Shown one piece after another: positions 1 through 13,355 of a DNA stretch of 64,000 nt. The notes under the pieces were generated by a model, which saw only the letters and a program-made list of their open reading frames with translations, had not been told where the DNA came from and ran no database searches. The stretch is from Takakia lepidozioides. Lineage: Eukaryota; Plantae; Bryophyta. The stretch's first letter is position 1. The number at the start of each line of letters is the position of its first letter. Location of the stretch: positions 50,592,001 to 50,656,000 of the forward strand of contig CM060733.1 in assembly GCA_030704615.1 (NCBI GenBank), in the 5' to 3' direction. The translations under genes were made by a program, and so were the position numbers.

Positions 1-959
1 GGAAGGATGGTTCCATGCAGCTGTGTGTCATTTGCAAAGGTCGCGGTAAAGAAGGTGTGATTCCCTTTATTGTTCCTGCCTCTATCTTATTTATGTGGAG
101 GGTGATGATTTAACGAGTAGCGTCTATGAAATCTCTGAGGGATAGTCAGGGGCCATTTTAGATATGGACCATGTGCTGTTCTGGCAGCTCTGCAGGGACA
201 GAGCAGTGGAGAAAGTGGAAAACGGTAGGGAGTTTAGGTACAACCTCTATGTCTGTAACAATCCATTTTCTCTCTTCAGTTTTTCAAATGCACTCATCTT
301 GGCATTTGTCGTTATCTGGTGTGTCCAGCATATTAAGAGGTTTGCATTTGTTGTGGGAAAGCCAGAATCCTAGCATGAGAACATTGATATGTCACCGGAC
401 AGTACGGGAGGACTAATTTTTAACAGGAGCCTGACACATGGTGCCTTGTAGATGCAAACATTTCCACAGAAAACATGGAAGTGCCCAGAACCCTCAGTGT
501 GAAATCCCAGGAGATACCACAAAAAGTTTGAGTATGTTATGTGTACATGCACTGCCATTGTAAGCAAGTGACTGTGGGGTTCACCCCAGCTTGGTCATGG
601 TCTTACCCCATCAAATGAGCATGCATGTCCACAGACCTCTTTTCTCTTCTGCCCACCAAAGATACTACCCAGCTTTTATATGCAAAGCTCCTACCATGTC
701 GATCAAGGGTTGTTCCCTGCTGCTTCTCCCTGATGTACAAAGCAAGATGACTGGCCTAGAGCACAATTTAATTGTCACTAATGCAGCTGTCTTTGGTGGT
801 ACTGCAGGGGGTTTGTTTACAGGGTACCCACTGCAGAGATGTAGCGTGTGCAAGGGCCGAGGCAGGCAACTGTGTGATCCATGCGTGGGCTCTGGCCTTG
901 CCAACCACTGGCTCTATACACCTGTAGACAGGGGTGCCTGGGGACCCAGAGGGTCCTAA
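1..959 (+). CDS. 3' part of a spliced DnaJ-type (CxxCxGxG) zinc-finger protein gene; exons ~1-54 and 823-959, internal exon(s) uncertain
   Basis: CVICKGRG in 1-54; CSVCKGRG and CDPCVGSG in last exon after AG acceptor at 821-822; stop at 957-959; followed by a (CT)n tract at ~986-1007. Confidence 0.7.
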
Positions 960-1575
960 GCACGCATGGGCTTGTCTTGTATGCTTCTCTCTCTCTCTCT
1001 CTCTCTCACACATGCTCATGTATAGGCTACGGCAAACAACATCTTTTGAGTACGTTCTCTCTCTCATGTATATGCCTTTACTGGGTCTTTATAGAAGGAC
1101 ACGAAAGATGAACCAATAAGATTGTGTGGCAGCTCGAAATCAAACCTAGGTCTCCACTGCCACAACATGGTGCTCTTCTTTTTATTTCTTCCACACGGGT
1201 GGTACAGTAGTCACGGTGAGAGATTCACCACATGTATGTGTGTGTGCCAGGAAGACAGATCTAGCTACATCAAACACTCAATTCATGGGAGGAAAATTTC
1301 AGGGCAGTCTGACATTGTGTCAAGGCTACCTTCCTCCACAACACCTAGGGTGTGTGGAGTGGCTGTGATCAGATTTGAGTTGCGCACCCATCTTATTTGA
1401 AGGGCAGCTTTACTCCAGAGTTTTTACTGGAAATAATCTCAACAAAGTCAGGGGATGATTGAATGGCTAACTGTGTGTCAAACTGCCTTAACAACATGTA
1501 ACGCAAGAGGGTGATCCGCCCTCATGATTGATCAAGCACAACGTTCTGAGGGCTTGCAAGAGGATTGGAATTGAT

Positions 1576-2154
1576 CTAGAATCTATTGTCGTCCACAGTG
1601 ATGCTGTCAGTGATGCTATCGGATGGTGTGTCGTCGAGCCTTTCAACTTGCTTGTCACTCTTCATCCTTGGCTTCTTTGCGTCTGGTGCAAACTTGCCTT
1701 GGGGCCTTTCAACTTGCTTGTCAGTATGAATCCTTGGCTTCTTTGCAACCGGTGCAAATTTACCTTTGGGCCTTTTATGCGACAGCTTTGCAGGAGTTTC
1801 CATGCGGCTTACAGTGGGGCTTCGCTTGCCCTTGCGACCACGACTTTTACCTCTCGACGAGGAAGATGAGTTTCCCCGTCTTGATGAGCTTCCCCGTCTT
1901 GCACGTTTGACCTCCGTTCGGCTGTTTCTGAGGGCCTTCTTCAACCGCGTACCCAGTGACTTTTTTGCCTTGTTGGGTATCTTACGCTCGTATTTGTCCT
2001 CCAGAAACCTGAATATGTCCCGCTGAGTAGAGCCTGGGCGCTCCTTGAGCGCCCACTCTGCATCCTCCACCATGGTTTGGTATGGAGGCTGCTCCCTAGG
2101 ACCGCTTGTCAGATTGCCCATAAATCCTGATACGTCTCTCAAACCTGCTGACAT
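1576..2154 (-). CDS. Linker histone H1/H5 globular-domain protein with Arg/Ser-rich basic tail (H1 variant / protamine-like candidate)
   Basis: PPYQTMV..A..ALKERPGSTQRDIFRFLEDKY...LGTRLKK matches the H15 winged-helix pattern; followed by RARRGSSSRRG...SRGRKGKRSP and repeated KFAP..KKPR..DKQVER units. Confidence 0.75.
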   Translation of the reverse strand: MSAGLRDVSGFMGNLTSGPREQPPYQTMVEDAEWALKERPGSTQRDIFRFLEDKYERKIPNKAKKSLGTRLKKALRNSRTEVKRARRGSSSRRGNSSSSSRGKSRGRKGKRSPTVSRMETPAKLSHKRPKGKFAPVAKKPRIHTDKQVERPQGKFAPDAKKPRMKSDKQVERLDDTPSDSITDSITVDDNRF

Positions 2155-4919
2155 ATTGTCCAGAGTATCAGGTAGCTAATCCAGGATGAACAGCCTTGTG
2201 AAAGATCATTTTACAAGACTTGCAGCGACTGCGACAAGGGCTACTGAGCAGCTCCAAATTTCGCAAAGAACAATTCACCTTCATTGATTAGGAAAGCCCT
2301 GACAATTTACACATGGTTTTGTTGAGGACCCTCGATCGCTGGCCACCAGCTAGAGATTACTAGCTGGGGCATCAGACAGCGCCTAGACTCAATTTGTGAT
2401 TACCGAGCACTGAGGTCTATGCATTATCAATTTTTGGACCGTCAATCCTGCATAGCAAGAGCTATCGATATCTAGGACTAAATAAAAAGCCTGGGCTGCA
2501 ACTGTTCTGTGAGAACACCAGCCCCAGCAACCGTCATCTATAAACTTTCAGTCTGTTAACTATGGTTATATGCACGGATTCAGCCAAAGTAAGGAGACAA
2601 ACTAAACAGACCATTTACTTACGATGACAACTACATCAGTGTTGTCATCAGTATCCTCAATCCTGGAAGAGAGCCCTCTCTAGCGGCACTGCTATAAAAA
2701 GCAGGATTATTCAAACATGCTGTCGCATAAGCACATCATGTTGTAACGACTTCTTGCCGATGATTACTTTACTATTCATGAATTTACAAGCTGTTAATGT
2801 AGACTAGATCTATATTGTCTAGGAATATAGAGAGATGACCCGAGATCAATCACGAAGTCACTCATTCACTATTCTGGCTAGAGAGTGCAATTTCTCTGCA
2901 CAGAAATTTAGACTCGGTAAATTACAATTGATAGACCTAGAAATCGCGTTTCTCTACACGCACAATTTCACGCACTGATCAACCTGTCTGGACATCCTCA
3001 AGGCAGGTCTTGGAATCGGTAGCACCAGCTTCTCTTTCGAGCAAGGCAAGCTACTGCCGATGTGAGCACGAGAATTCTGTCAAAAATCATAGTGGTGTGC
3101 GAGCTAGCTGCTCCAATGCTAAATTGTGTGATGTACACGACTTATGCAGCACAAACTCTGCAGGACTCGCGATGTGGACTCCATCGTTCTGACAGCGGAT
3201 GCACACTGAATCTGTGCGTATCACTGAACTGAAAGCTTCTTGCTTTGTCATGAATGCAAACAGTGCCAAGTGAGAGATCAAGCATGGCCCCCATGAAGTG
3301 ATAATTTCATACCTACTTTTGAAGTGAATTGCTCCGCGGCCCTTATGTACTTGGATGTAGCTTTCTAGATCTGAAGAGGTAGAAGGAGAACATTAAGACC
3401 AGATTCCAAAGGATAGAGAAGGAGATTTCCAAGAGGCACAAGAATACGAACAGGTAACGAAGACAACCTGAAGAGGCAGTAGTTTCGCATCACGACCTCG
3501 GATCCTTTCTACTTTGTGATTCGCTTAAAATTCAAACTCACCGTCAACTTTTTCAACACCAACGGCTACAAGGTAGTCAGATATCTAGTGGAGAATCTAG
3601 ACCGTTGGTTTGAATAGAATGGATGAACGCAATATAAGTATCTTCGTAGATGAATGTGAAGTCTATCCTCCATACCCGGCCCGGCCCGGCCCCGTGCCAC
3701 CCGACCTTCAAAATGGGTGATTGCAAAGGAAGTGCCCCCTAGCACATGACGTGGCAACTAGACTGCCACGTGTCATGTTCCGGTTTGCTGGACACGTGCC
3801 TACTACACCCAGGGTCTTTTGGTGGTCTTGTGCCTCTCTATATGCAGTCCTTCCCTCCTGATTTTCAATATTATTTTTATGTGACAGAATTTGTTGCGGT
3901 TTCTTCGGAAATTTGGTAGGAAGGTTTCCGCATTGGTTTTGTACTAATTATTCGCTTGGTTCGTCCTCAAATTGTTGTCAAAATGCCTCGAATTTACACC
4001 GGAGGTGTCAACGATGAAGCCACCAATACTCCAGCTGGTGAAAGTTTCTCCATGGGTTCCTTTTTTAAATCCAACTGTAACTTAGTTGATTTCCTAGGTG
4101 TTTTAATAAGTCAATGGAGGGGTGATAGACTCTGGCACATCATCTTGAGTATGAAGAGGTGTTAAATTAAAGATTACTAGTGTGGCCTTGGCCATTGAGC
4201 ACATATTCAACTATAAAAGACTCAGGTCTTTTGCTTTTTTCACAGTTACAAAAAATACTTGAAACTCAGTGTCTCCCACACAGGTCCAAAAATTATGAAA
4301 CCACCTCGATGCACCCCTCTCATCGAGAACTTTTCAGCGGTATTAAGAACCCAGGCGGAGGCCTTGCGGTTTGGGAGATCTCAACGTGACAAACAAAACA
4401 AAACAAAACAAACCACCTTGCTTAATATATTGATAGTACATGATGTAATGTACGGTAGCGCTCTCATTCGAAATTAGTAATAAAATATTATACTCTATGC
4501 AATGGCTTAAGTATTGTGTTTTACGAAACTTTTGGGGAAGCTCACTGTTGGGATGGTTCTTGTATTGTAGATGGGAAGAAGGAGCAGGTGTTTGAAGAGT
4601 CAACAATTATTACTCATGAAGTTATTAACCTCGACGATGGAGAGTTGGATGATGACAAATGTTCTCAGCTTGCCAAACTGAAAGAAAAAGCTAAAATGGG
4701 GGTTGAGCAGGTAAAGAACAAATTAGTCGTCAACTTTGTAAAAAAATGATTTGTATTTCCAACTATGCGCATAGTGATGATTCCAATATCTATGAGGAAA
4801 AATCCGGAGAGACAAACGTTGTAAGGAATGTATGAATCAAAGTTTACTTTCGTAACATGAAAATAAATCATATCTCAAGATGCAACAACTCAATTCATTT
4901 TAACTTGCAAATGAGTTTT

Positions 4920-4962
4920 GTTTTTTGTTGTTTAAAGGGAAACACCTGGGAGCGACAGCTCA
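4920..4962 (-). mobile_element. 5'-truncated SINE 3' end
   Basis: AGGGAAACACCTGGG..C.CAGCTCACAAAT matches the 3' end of the SINE at 8354-8579; flanked by direct repeat CAAATGAGTTTT (4908-4919, 4963-4974). Confidence 0.65.
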
Positions 4963-5610
4963 CAAATGAGTTTTTGTGATACTGTAATCATAAAACTAAC
5001 ATTTGAAGCAATGTTGTGAACAGCTGAATGTTGACGAGAGTGGCACTCCAATAGCTGTCAACGAAAACTTTACAAGTGAGCTCACCTTCCATTTCTTTTT
5101 TTCTTTTTTTTTCCATTTCGTTTTGTAGATATTGATTATTTTCTGCAGTCATTGTGAAAATAGTACCTATTAATATGTTTGTGAAAATATCAAAGGGTTT
5201 TAATTTTTTCCCTTCAAATAATTATGAATAAGGTTCTCAAGGGCTACCACCTAAAAATTATTATTATTATTATTATTTAAAAAAACCTGTTAATATGTTT
5301 TATAATCTAAAGATGGTCTGGTCTCAGCCCTACACAATGTTGACTGCACTAGTTGGGTCCAAGTTTTAAGTCCTGATAAAGCATCAAAAGCTCTTCCAAA
5401 AAGTAATTGAAATCACCAGATATGAGGTATAATTTCTTTAATAAAATAAAAAGGGGACAGCAGCCTTACTCAAATTAAAAGGAACCCCCCCCCAAAAAAA
5501 ACAAGGAAAAAATGACCTCGCCAAAAGCCATAAAATGCTTCATCCACATTATTGTCAGTCTTTAGTCCTTGACAGTTGATGTTCTAAGGGATAAAAGATC
5601 AGAATGGATA

Positions 5611-5726
5611 CCCAACAGGGCTGTAGCCCTGCGGTAAGCCACTGGGGTATTGGCCTGTGAATCTGGGTTTCAAACCCTTGTCATTGGTCTCTCTGGCTGG
5701 CTGAGAGAGGGGTACCAAAAAACAAA
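5611..5726 (+). mobile_element. Putative tRNA-derived SINE (second family)
   Basis: A-box-like TGTAGCCCTGCGGTAA, B-box-like GGTTTCAAACCC, A-rich tail; no clear TSD seen. Confidence 0.4.
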
Positions 5727-8353
5727 CCATTTTGTGAATACTACTAAATCATATTTAAAATGTGGGCCCGCAACAAAAGGGTGCACACCTCATGGATGAG
5801 GTTGTAACTTTTTATCCCCAATCATCCATAGGGATGAACCTTATAGTTATGTACAAATCTACTTCATCTGTGTCATGTGGGAAGTGACCATTGCATTTAG
5901 GAGATTATAATAAAATAATGTGCCCCAATTTTTAAATGCATTCCAAAATTGCATGTAAAAACTGGTTAGACCACCAAATTCAAGTATCGAGTTGAATTTT
6001 CCCAGATACATACAGACCCTCCACAATCTGATTATATGGCAGGTCCTAAAGGAATGTCCTCCCCAAAAATCAGACCAAAATTCAGATAGATTGCTATGTA
6101 TGTGAAATCTGGGGGATAGATTGTTAGATTTTGGTTTCCTTCCCAAGTACACCCATGAGGTAATATTTGCTTTCTCATTCCTCTGGTAAGTACGTGCACA
6201 GTAACATTACATAGTGCCTTGTCCAGAAATTTGGGCATTATAGTAAATTCTGAGATGGTCTTTACAGGATTTGCCCATTCGGCCTTAACGGTGTTTTTGC
6301 AGCCCCCCTATTTTGGAAAATTGTAGAGAGTGGAGCTTTAAATACTTCAGGGCGGTATAAATTCCCACATGTGCTCCTCCCTAATCTGCACCATTTACCT
6401 TCAGGCTTCACTTCCATCCACTATCATCCAGGAAAACTTCACCTGGATGAAATCTGAAACGGGTTGATTTGGGTCACCTCGTCCTTTAGGAGAAGAGAAC
6501 TTCGAGAGACTTTGGATAATAGAATACAAAAAATTTACTTCTTAAAATGGGATGATCTCTTAAAAAAAGGGGATGCTCAAACATTCATTTGAGCATTAGT
6601 CAAAACTAATGATACGACTGGCAACCATGGAACAGCGGACCAGAATTTGTCTGGAGCTGGTTCAATAAATAGTGAGACATCCATTGCAACTGATTTAATT
6701 ACAATTACATCAAATGTGAGTTCCAATTTAGCTGAATTTAACTGGATTTAGAATTATTATATTACAAGTAATTTATTTCATACTGTAGAATCAAACAATT
6801 AATTAACTTAAATTACGTAGTTCATTTTTGCTAAGTCTGGTTTGCATCATTTCTAAGTTATAGTTTCGAACTTGATGACCTGTATTATATCATACTTGAG
6901 ATGAAATAAATCTAACTATTCTTCATCCTGATGGTTTTAGAAACAGATTTTTTCACCCAATTTGGAGAGAAATATTGGAGATACTATCAAAAACACAACA
7001 CTTGGCCCTCTCATAGCAATTCCAGGTACAATCATATGGGTCATCAAACTTACTCACAGTAAACTTGTATGCAAACAAGAGTATACATGAACATACTATC
7101 AATCGATTGAACTTCATGATAGTCAAAGTACCATATCTAGCAACAACTTAAATAACCCAATTATATTTCTTGGTCAAAACTTTATAGTCTTACTTTTATA
7201 TTATATTGATCTATTTTATTACTAAAATTTATAAAATTCAATTTAATAAGTCCATCAACAAATGTTGTATACTATATTTTAATTTAAGACAACATACTTA
7301 GTATCATTCATGTATAAATATTTACATTGTATATTGTATATTGTGGTCATCCAGATAGGGTTTGAAACTTTTATCCATAACAAACATGTGTGGCCTTTGC
7401 CATTGAGTAGGCCTTGTGGTTTGGGGAGTTTTTTTTGTTGTTGTTGTTTATAAAATAAACAGGGGACAGTGGCCCTGAAAAAATATTGCAAAAAGGAAGC
7501 AGAAGGGTGGAGGAGATCTCAACACAAACAAAACAAACTACCTTGCTTAATGTTTGGATTATATACTCAAAAATTGCAATACATATGCAGGTGTTCTTGT
7601 CGATGTTGAGGATAGTCGTGTAATTTTGCAAGGGCATGATGAGGAAAAAGCTTTTTCTGAACATGTGACTCAATCTCTCAACAACCTTCTCATACACGAA
7701 CCTGTTATGGATGATTCGGCTAGTGTTTCGACTACGCCAGAAATTGATACAACAACTTCGTCCAAAGACTCCAAAGGTGGGATTGTCCGCCGTATGACAG
7801 GTGTAGTAAGCTCGCTCTTCAGCAAGAAATCCCTCGGAACTTCTGAGGAACATGTTTCTATAAATGAAGCAAGTATGACTATTTTTAAAACATATTTAAC
7901 AACATTAATATTTCTTGTATTTAATTGTTATATCAGTTAATTAATATTTATTGTTTAAAGTTTTACATGGATATGGATATTCAGAAGACAAATAGATGTG
8001 CTCTAGATTGTAATATTGATTAATTGAAATCATATAATATTTTATTGGTGATGTTTAGATAAAATTATTGAAGAGGTGGACTCCATTTCGGTGCCTACGG
8101 ACCCTCCACAATTAGATCCTGTGAGTACTCTTTTGTTCTAGTATTAAATGAAGGTTGTATTATGACATGATCATAGTCCATAATACTTTACACACACAAA
8201 ATTTTAAATTTAATCAATAATATATTAAAAATATATTTTGTAAGGAAAAGAGGACGGAGGCCTAGAAGGAAATATAACCATAATCAAGGACAACTGCTTG
8301 CATTTGGGCCTCCAACCCCTTTTCCCAAAGAAATGATTTAAGAAATCATGTTT

Positions 8354-8579
8354 TTTCTTTTTCTTTTCAATAAGGGAAACACCTGGGTGCTCCAGCTCAC
8401 AAATCAGGCCCCTTAATAGTGAGGTTAGTGAGGTTATTTCACAGTAACCCGCCATGAGGCATAGGAATGGGGCACCACCCCAGGAACCATACAACACCCG
8501 TCAGTAGCAAGATTTGACCCCAGAATCGTCTGGGTAGCACTCAGTGCACTTGACCAATTGAGCTACTGACTGTTGGTAT
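8354..8579 (-). mobile_element. Full-length tRNA-derived SINE
   Basis: Minus strand: A box TAGCTCAATTGG, B-box-like GGTCAAATC, A-rich tail; 13-bp TSD AGAAATCATGTTT at 8341-8353 and 8580-8592. Confidence 0.85.
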
Positions 8580-9905
8580 AGAAATCATGTTTGAAATTCA
8601 TACCACCCAAGAACTAGCCCCCAAGGGCACGAACAAGTTAACTATTTTTAAATATTTGAAATAATAATAATGTGCTCAGAAATATGGTTAATTTCCTACT
8701 CCAAATCCAGCCAGTAGCTTGGGGTTGGGGCGATTAACAAAATAAATTATAAAACAAAAATAATAATGTATTTTAATTTAATATGATTATAATATGATTA
8801 TAATATGTTATGACAAATATACAAACAACTCAAAATTTATTTTTGGTGGTATGCAGCGTTATTGCCACTTGATGTGTGTAGTTGGTGATTGGTGAAACAT
8901 GCATATAGCTATAGCTTCTAGATAAATCATATTTGACATATGTTGTGTTCTAAACTGAAACAAATAAAATATTCAGACCTAGAATTACTGATCTCACCTC
9001 AATTTTAATTTTTGTAAAAGTTAATTTATTATATTTTACAAAAAGAACAGATGCCAAAAAAACAATTAAACTTGTAAGAAACAGATGTCAAAAATAATTA
9101 AAACAATATGAAAGAAAACACAAGCCATTATGGACATGAATCATTCAAAACAATTTATGTTCTCAAATTCACAATTAAAAAAATGGCTTCGTCGCTGCCG
9201 ATTATTTTGGTTTTCTCTTCGTTGGACGTCCCACCCTCCTCAGTGCCTAAAAAGACTGCCTAGCTGCTCTCCATCTCTTGTCTCTTCTATGGACTTTTTT
9301 GGACTGAATGTGTCATTCACGGTTGAGGAGCTTGGAAGTGCTTTGGAGAGGTTGGATGGCCCACTGGCATTTTTCAAAGTTATGTGGACTGTAATTGGTA
9401 ATGATTTCCTGCTCTATTATGGCTAATAATGAAATTCTTTAAAGAGTCGCGACCTCTTAGATCTCTCATGGGGTTATTGCACTTATTTTGAGGGTTGCAT
9501 ACTGACCTAACGTTCAAACGCCAATGCATCACGTTAGTTCTATATAAAATTAATAAAAATGGAATGAACAAATGTCATTTAAAATAAATCGAATGGTACG
9601 CTAAAATATACCACAAATGGCTAAATAAGCATGGATTATATGCATTTGTGATAACATTGTCAGTGCTTACAGTCCTAAAATTATTTTAATAAAAAAAAGT
9701 TGGGACCGTCAGTGTTTACGGTCCCAAAATTATGTTAAAATAAAATAAAATAAAATAAAATACATGAAGACCGACATAGTAGGTGGTCCCAAATTATATT
9801 TTAATAAAAGAAATTAGAACCACCAGTATCAGTGGTTGAAAATTGAATAAAATTAAAATGATTGTGGTTTTGATTTATATACAGTTTATTACAATCTCTT
9901 TTCTT

Positions 9906-12830
9906 TCTCTTTAGGTGGCACTGAAGGTAAGACCCAATGATCCCCACTGGAATAACTCAGAAATCGTGATTGCATCTTCTGCTGCTCAATGTGATAACAT
10001 ACCAGAAAACAAGCAGCATAGTATAATCCACAGCCCATGACAATACTAGATATCTCCTTGGTCTTGGTATAGATGTACCCATGTACAACCTGGAAAGCAA
10101 TTAATTCCTTCAGCATGGTACATGCCTCAGACCAGTACCTTGTAAAGTGATGATCCTCAATGGGTCGATTGTTCGGAAGAACCTTAGTCCGAGCTGCCAC
10201 TGGCAACCAAATGCGCATGATCTGGTAGTAATGTGCCAACGACTGCGGAGGACTAAATTCCTTCCAAGCCAAATCCAGCACAATGGGAATTTGGTTGAAG
10301 GCCATAATCATAGCCCGACTGTACTCCCGTGCAGTAGGAGTCTTAGGTGGGTTAAAAGCAGCATCCCCCCATACCTCAGGCTGTGGTTTGGCTGTAGTAG
10401 CAACAGGGTCAGCTACCTGCACAGGCACCTGCTGTGGTATTGGTACCACTGGCCCTTCTACCACTGGCATCTCTTGCACTCCCTGCGAAAAAGACTGGAA
10501 AATTAGAGTCCTGGCATGTAAATAAATAGTCATCAGCTGCTCCTCAGGAACAAAGACTCTCTTGTAAATATTTGAACTCAGGTCATCCACTTGAGTCTGC
10601 AGGCCTTCCACATCCTCCTCTAGCTCCGTTATCCTACTATAGACATTGTCTATAGTAGTTGTGGCAATGTTCTGCACCTGCAATCTAAGCTCATTCATCT
10701 CGCCCTAGGTGAGCTTCCTTGGTGCTTTGCCTTCTACCGGCCCTTGTGCTAACTAGACCTGCATAAGGTGGTTATCCACCAAGTCCTGTGTGGCACCCCT
10801 GAGAGTCTGCTCCTCCGTGAGTCTGTACACATCTAACTGCTGCTGTAAAGCCTCCATGCGCTTCGCATGAGGTTCAACCAGACCCACATAAGCAGCAGCC
10901 AAATTATTGGCTTCCTTCCAAGCCTTGTTAGCCACAGAGAGTTCAATTCTATTGACCATGACTGTTTGTTGCAACTCCAGGATGTACCTCTCTTGGTCAG
11001 CCTCAACCTGTTTGTACTGTTCGAAAGTATTCTCATTGCGACAGATTGTAGCCTGCAAATGAGTTTCTCTTGCTCAATTATCTCAGCTTCTACCATCATA
11101 CATCTCTCCCCTTATCTGTTAACTTCTAATGCAGTTTGCTCAAGAGTAGTTGTGAGTGTAGCACATTGTATCGTCATCTCTGATGTACTGCCTCCAACTC
11201 TGTATGTAGTACGTTCACTTCTTACAACTCGCCCTCATGCTTTACCTGCAATTGGTATAACTGTTGCTTATGTGTTTTATGCAACTGGTCCTGCTCGAGA
11301 CCTGCTTCAATCAAATGTCCCTTAGCCAACTGCAAGGCAGCATTTGTGTCCTCCAACTCTTGCTGTAATTAGAGATTGATCTCCTCATCTACCTTGTTAG
11401 CACACTCAGTGGCAATTCGAGTCTCAAACTCCTTCCTGAGTTCCTCCCTCAAAGCTGTCAATTGGGTAGATGGAACATGGGATTTCACATAAGTGCCCAA
11501 CAAATTAAGTGTCATGCTTATGGAACTCATAAGCATGGCCTGCTGGGGGTCATCATGGTGAACTTGCTGCTGTTCCCCCTGATCTTCCACATTGTGATGC
11601 TTCACCAACCATTCAGGCCATTGCCCCACCAGATCCTCTTCCTGAACCACCTCATCCTCCACAGGTGCTGAAGTGTCCTTATATTCTACCCCTGGTACCT
11701 CCGTCACAGGTGTGGGTATTACATGCACAGCAGGGATTTCCCTGGACAAACTCTGCACCTCTGGAACCACTGATTCCCTAACCAAGCCAGAGTTTTCATA
11801 GAGAAGGTCACCCTTCTCAATTTCTGCCACGACCTGTTCTGTAGTGGGAATGTCCAACCTTTCTCCGTCCAGAGCAATTGGGGGTGGTGTCACAACATGT
11901 TCTAACTGTGGAACCTCTGAGACAACTGAGTCAACTGGTTGTGATGGTTGTGGTACCGAAGTGACTTCTTCTTCCCTCTCCGAAGGCCGTGCTCCCAATA
12001 ATAACAACCCTGTGTGCTGCTGTGCCCCATCCTGCACAAGAGCTTGGGAAACATCATCTTGCGGTTTCCGTGAAGCCAATGGATCCGCCACTATAGTCAT
12101 ACCCCGCTTCTGTCTCTTAGACTGGTGTTGCCCTGCCAAGTCCACCCTCACTACGTGAAGAACCCTGCTCTTCAATTGCAGTGGTTACTCAAACACTCTC
12201 ATGTCCTTACGTTCCCGAGTATCAAGTATGCAAGAGTCAAGAATGATTTGGGCAATGTATGGGCCAGACACAATGATCGGAGACTTAACAGCAGTGCCCT
12301 GTAACCTCTTCATCTCTTCCACCAAACCATTGTACATTAACTCTGCCCAAGCTACATCCTCTCCTCGCAATGCTTTCAGTATCTCCTCTGTGAATGACCT
12401 GCTCAAATACTGTTGGTTCTGTTTCATGGCAAACAGAACGTTCAATATTTGGCCAACGTCTCTGAGCCCCGGGTACTCGGCTTTGGTACAAGCGTAACCT
12501 TGAGTCTTAAAGAAACTCCCTTCTTGGAACAATTTCCCTATCTGCAATCTTGCCCTGTGCTCATCTACATCCACATGACCCGATGGCAAATCAAACAATT
12601 GCTGCAAGTACCGGGGAGTAATTTCTATATCTACTCCCCTCACCTGGGCAACTCCCGTCCGAGGCTCAAAGTTCTAAGGAAATTAAATCATATACTGCCG
12701 ATGATGCAAGGACCAATCCTTGCGTAGCAGCCCCTCCAATCGCAACTCCCTCAGCAGCTGCACTGCATGCGGTGTAGCAATTGTTTGCTTCTACATAATC
12801 GTGGTGCTCTTCACCCTGATATCCTCCATT
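9906..12830 (-). pseudogene. Degenerate accessory ORF of a Ty3/Gypsy-type (Athila/Tat-like) retroelement, copy B
   Basis: Stop-interrupted frames 12185-12643 (VRGVDIEITP..LQQLFDLP...WAELMY, plant transposon-protein pattern), 11369-12175, 10753-11058 (coiled coil) and 9889-10698. Confidence 0.55.
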
Positions 12831-13322
12831 CCCCTCACTCTCTTCATTCTAGACAAACAAAAAGGCCTTGTTTGAAACAGCTGAAGGAAAACTTGCAAGG
12901 CACAGAGCACAAAGGTATGGTTGGCACAGAATGGAACATGTAAGTGCGTGTAAGCCTGTGGGGCTTGCAAGTATCGAGTGAGAGAAAATGTACTCTCAAT
13001 TCGTCCGTCCTTGCGCCGTTCCCCATGGCTGTGACTGGCTGTGCGAAGCTGTGTCGACTGTGTCGGGCTGTGACTGATTGTGCGAAGCTGTGTTGACTGT
13101 GACTGGCTGTGATAGGCTGTGACGACTGTGTATGAAAATGTGTGAAGCTGCGATAGGCTGTGTTAGACTGTGATGGGCTGTGTCTGACTGTGTAACCCCC
13201 TTAAAGCTTGCGTCTGCCACCCCTAAGGCTCCTGTTGGTCTCAGTCTGTGCAAAAATTAAGGGTACCCCTCATAACCTATAAAAGTGTCTGAGTCCCAGA
13301 CAGCCCCAAGCAGCCCTCTAAC

Positions 13323-13342
13323 ATTACCCCTTCCCCTCTCAA
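13323..13342 (-). mobile_element. Polypurine tract followed by TG (probable LTR start at 13323)
   Basis: Minus strand GAGAGGGGAAGGGGTAA-TGTTAG directly after the stop of ORF 13356-14243. Confidence 0.55.
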
Positions 13343-13355
13343 AAAAACCGTGTCC

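Noticed and set aside
4375-7720. Diverged repeat pair 4375-4620 / 7510-7710 as exons of a gene
   Set aside because: Similarity is visible but no product or element boundary could be supported
8500-8579. tRNA gene
   Set aside because: A/B boxes are present but the cloverleaf is degenerate, and the tail and TSD indicate a SINE
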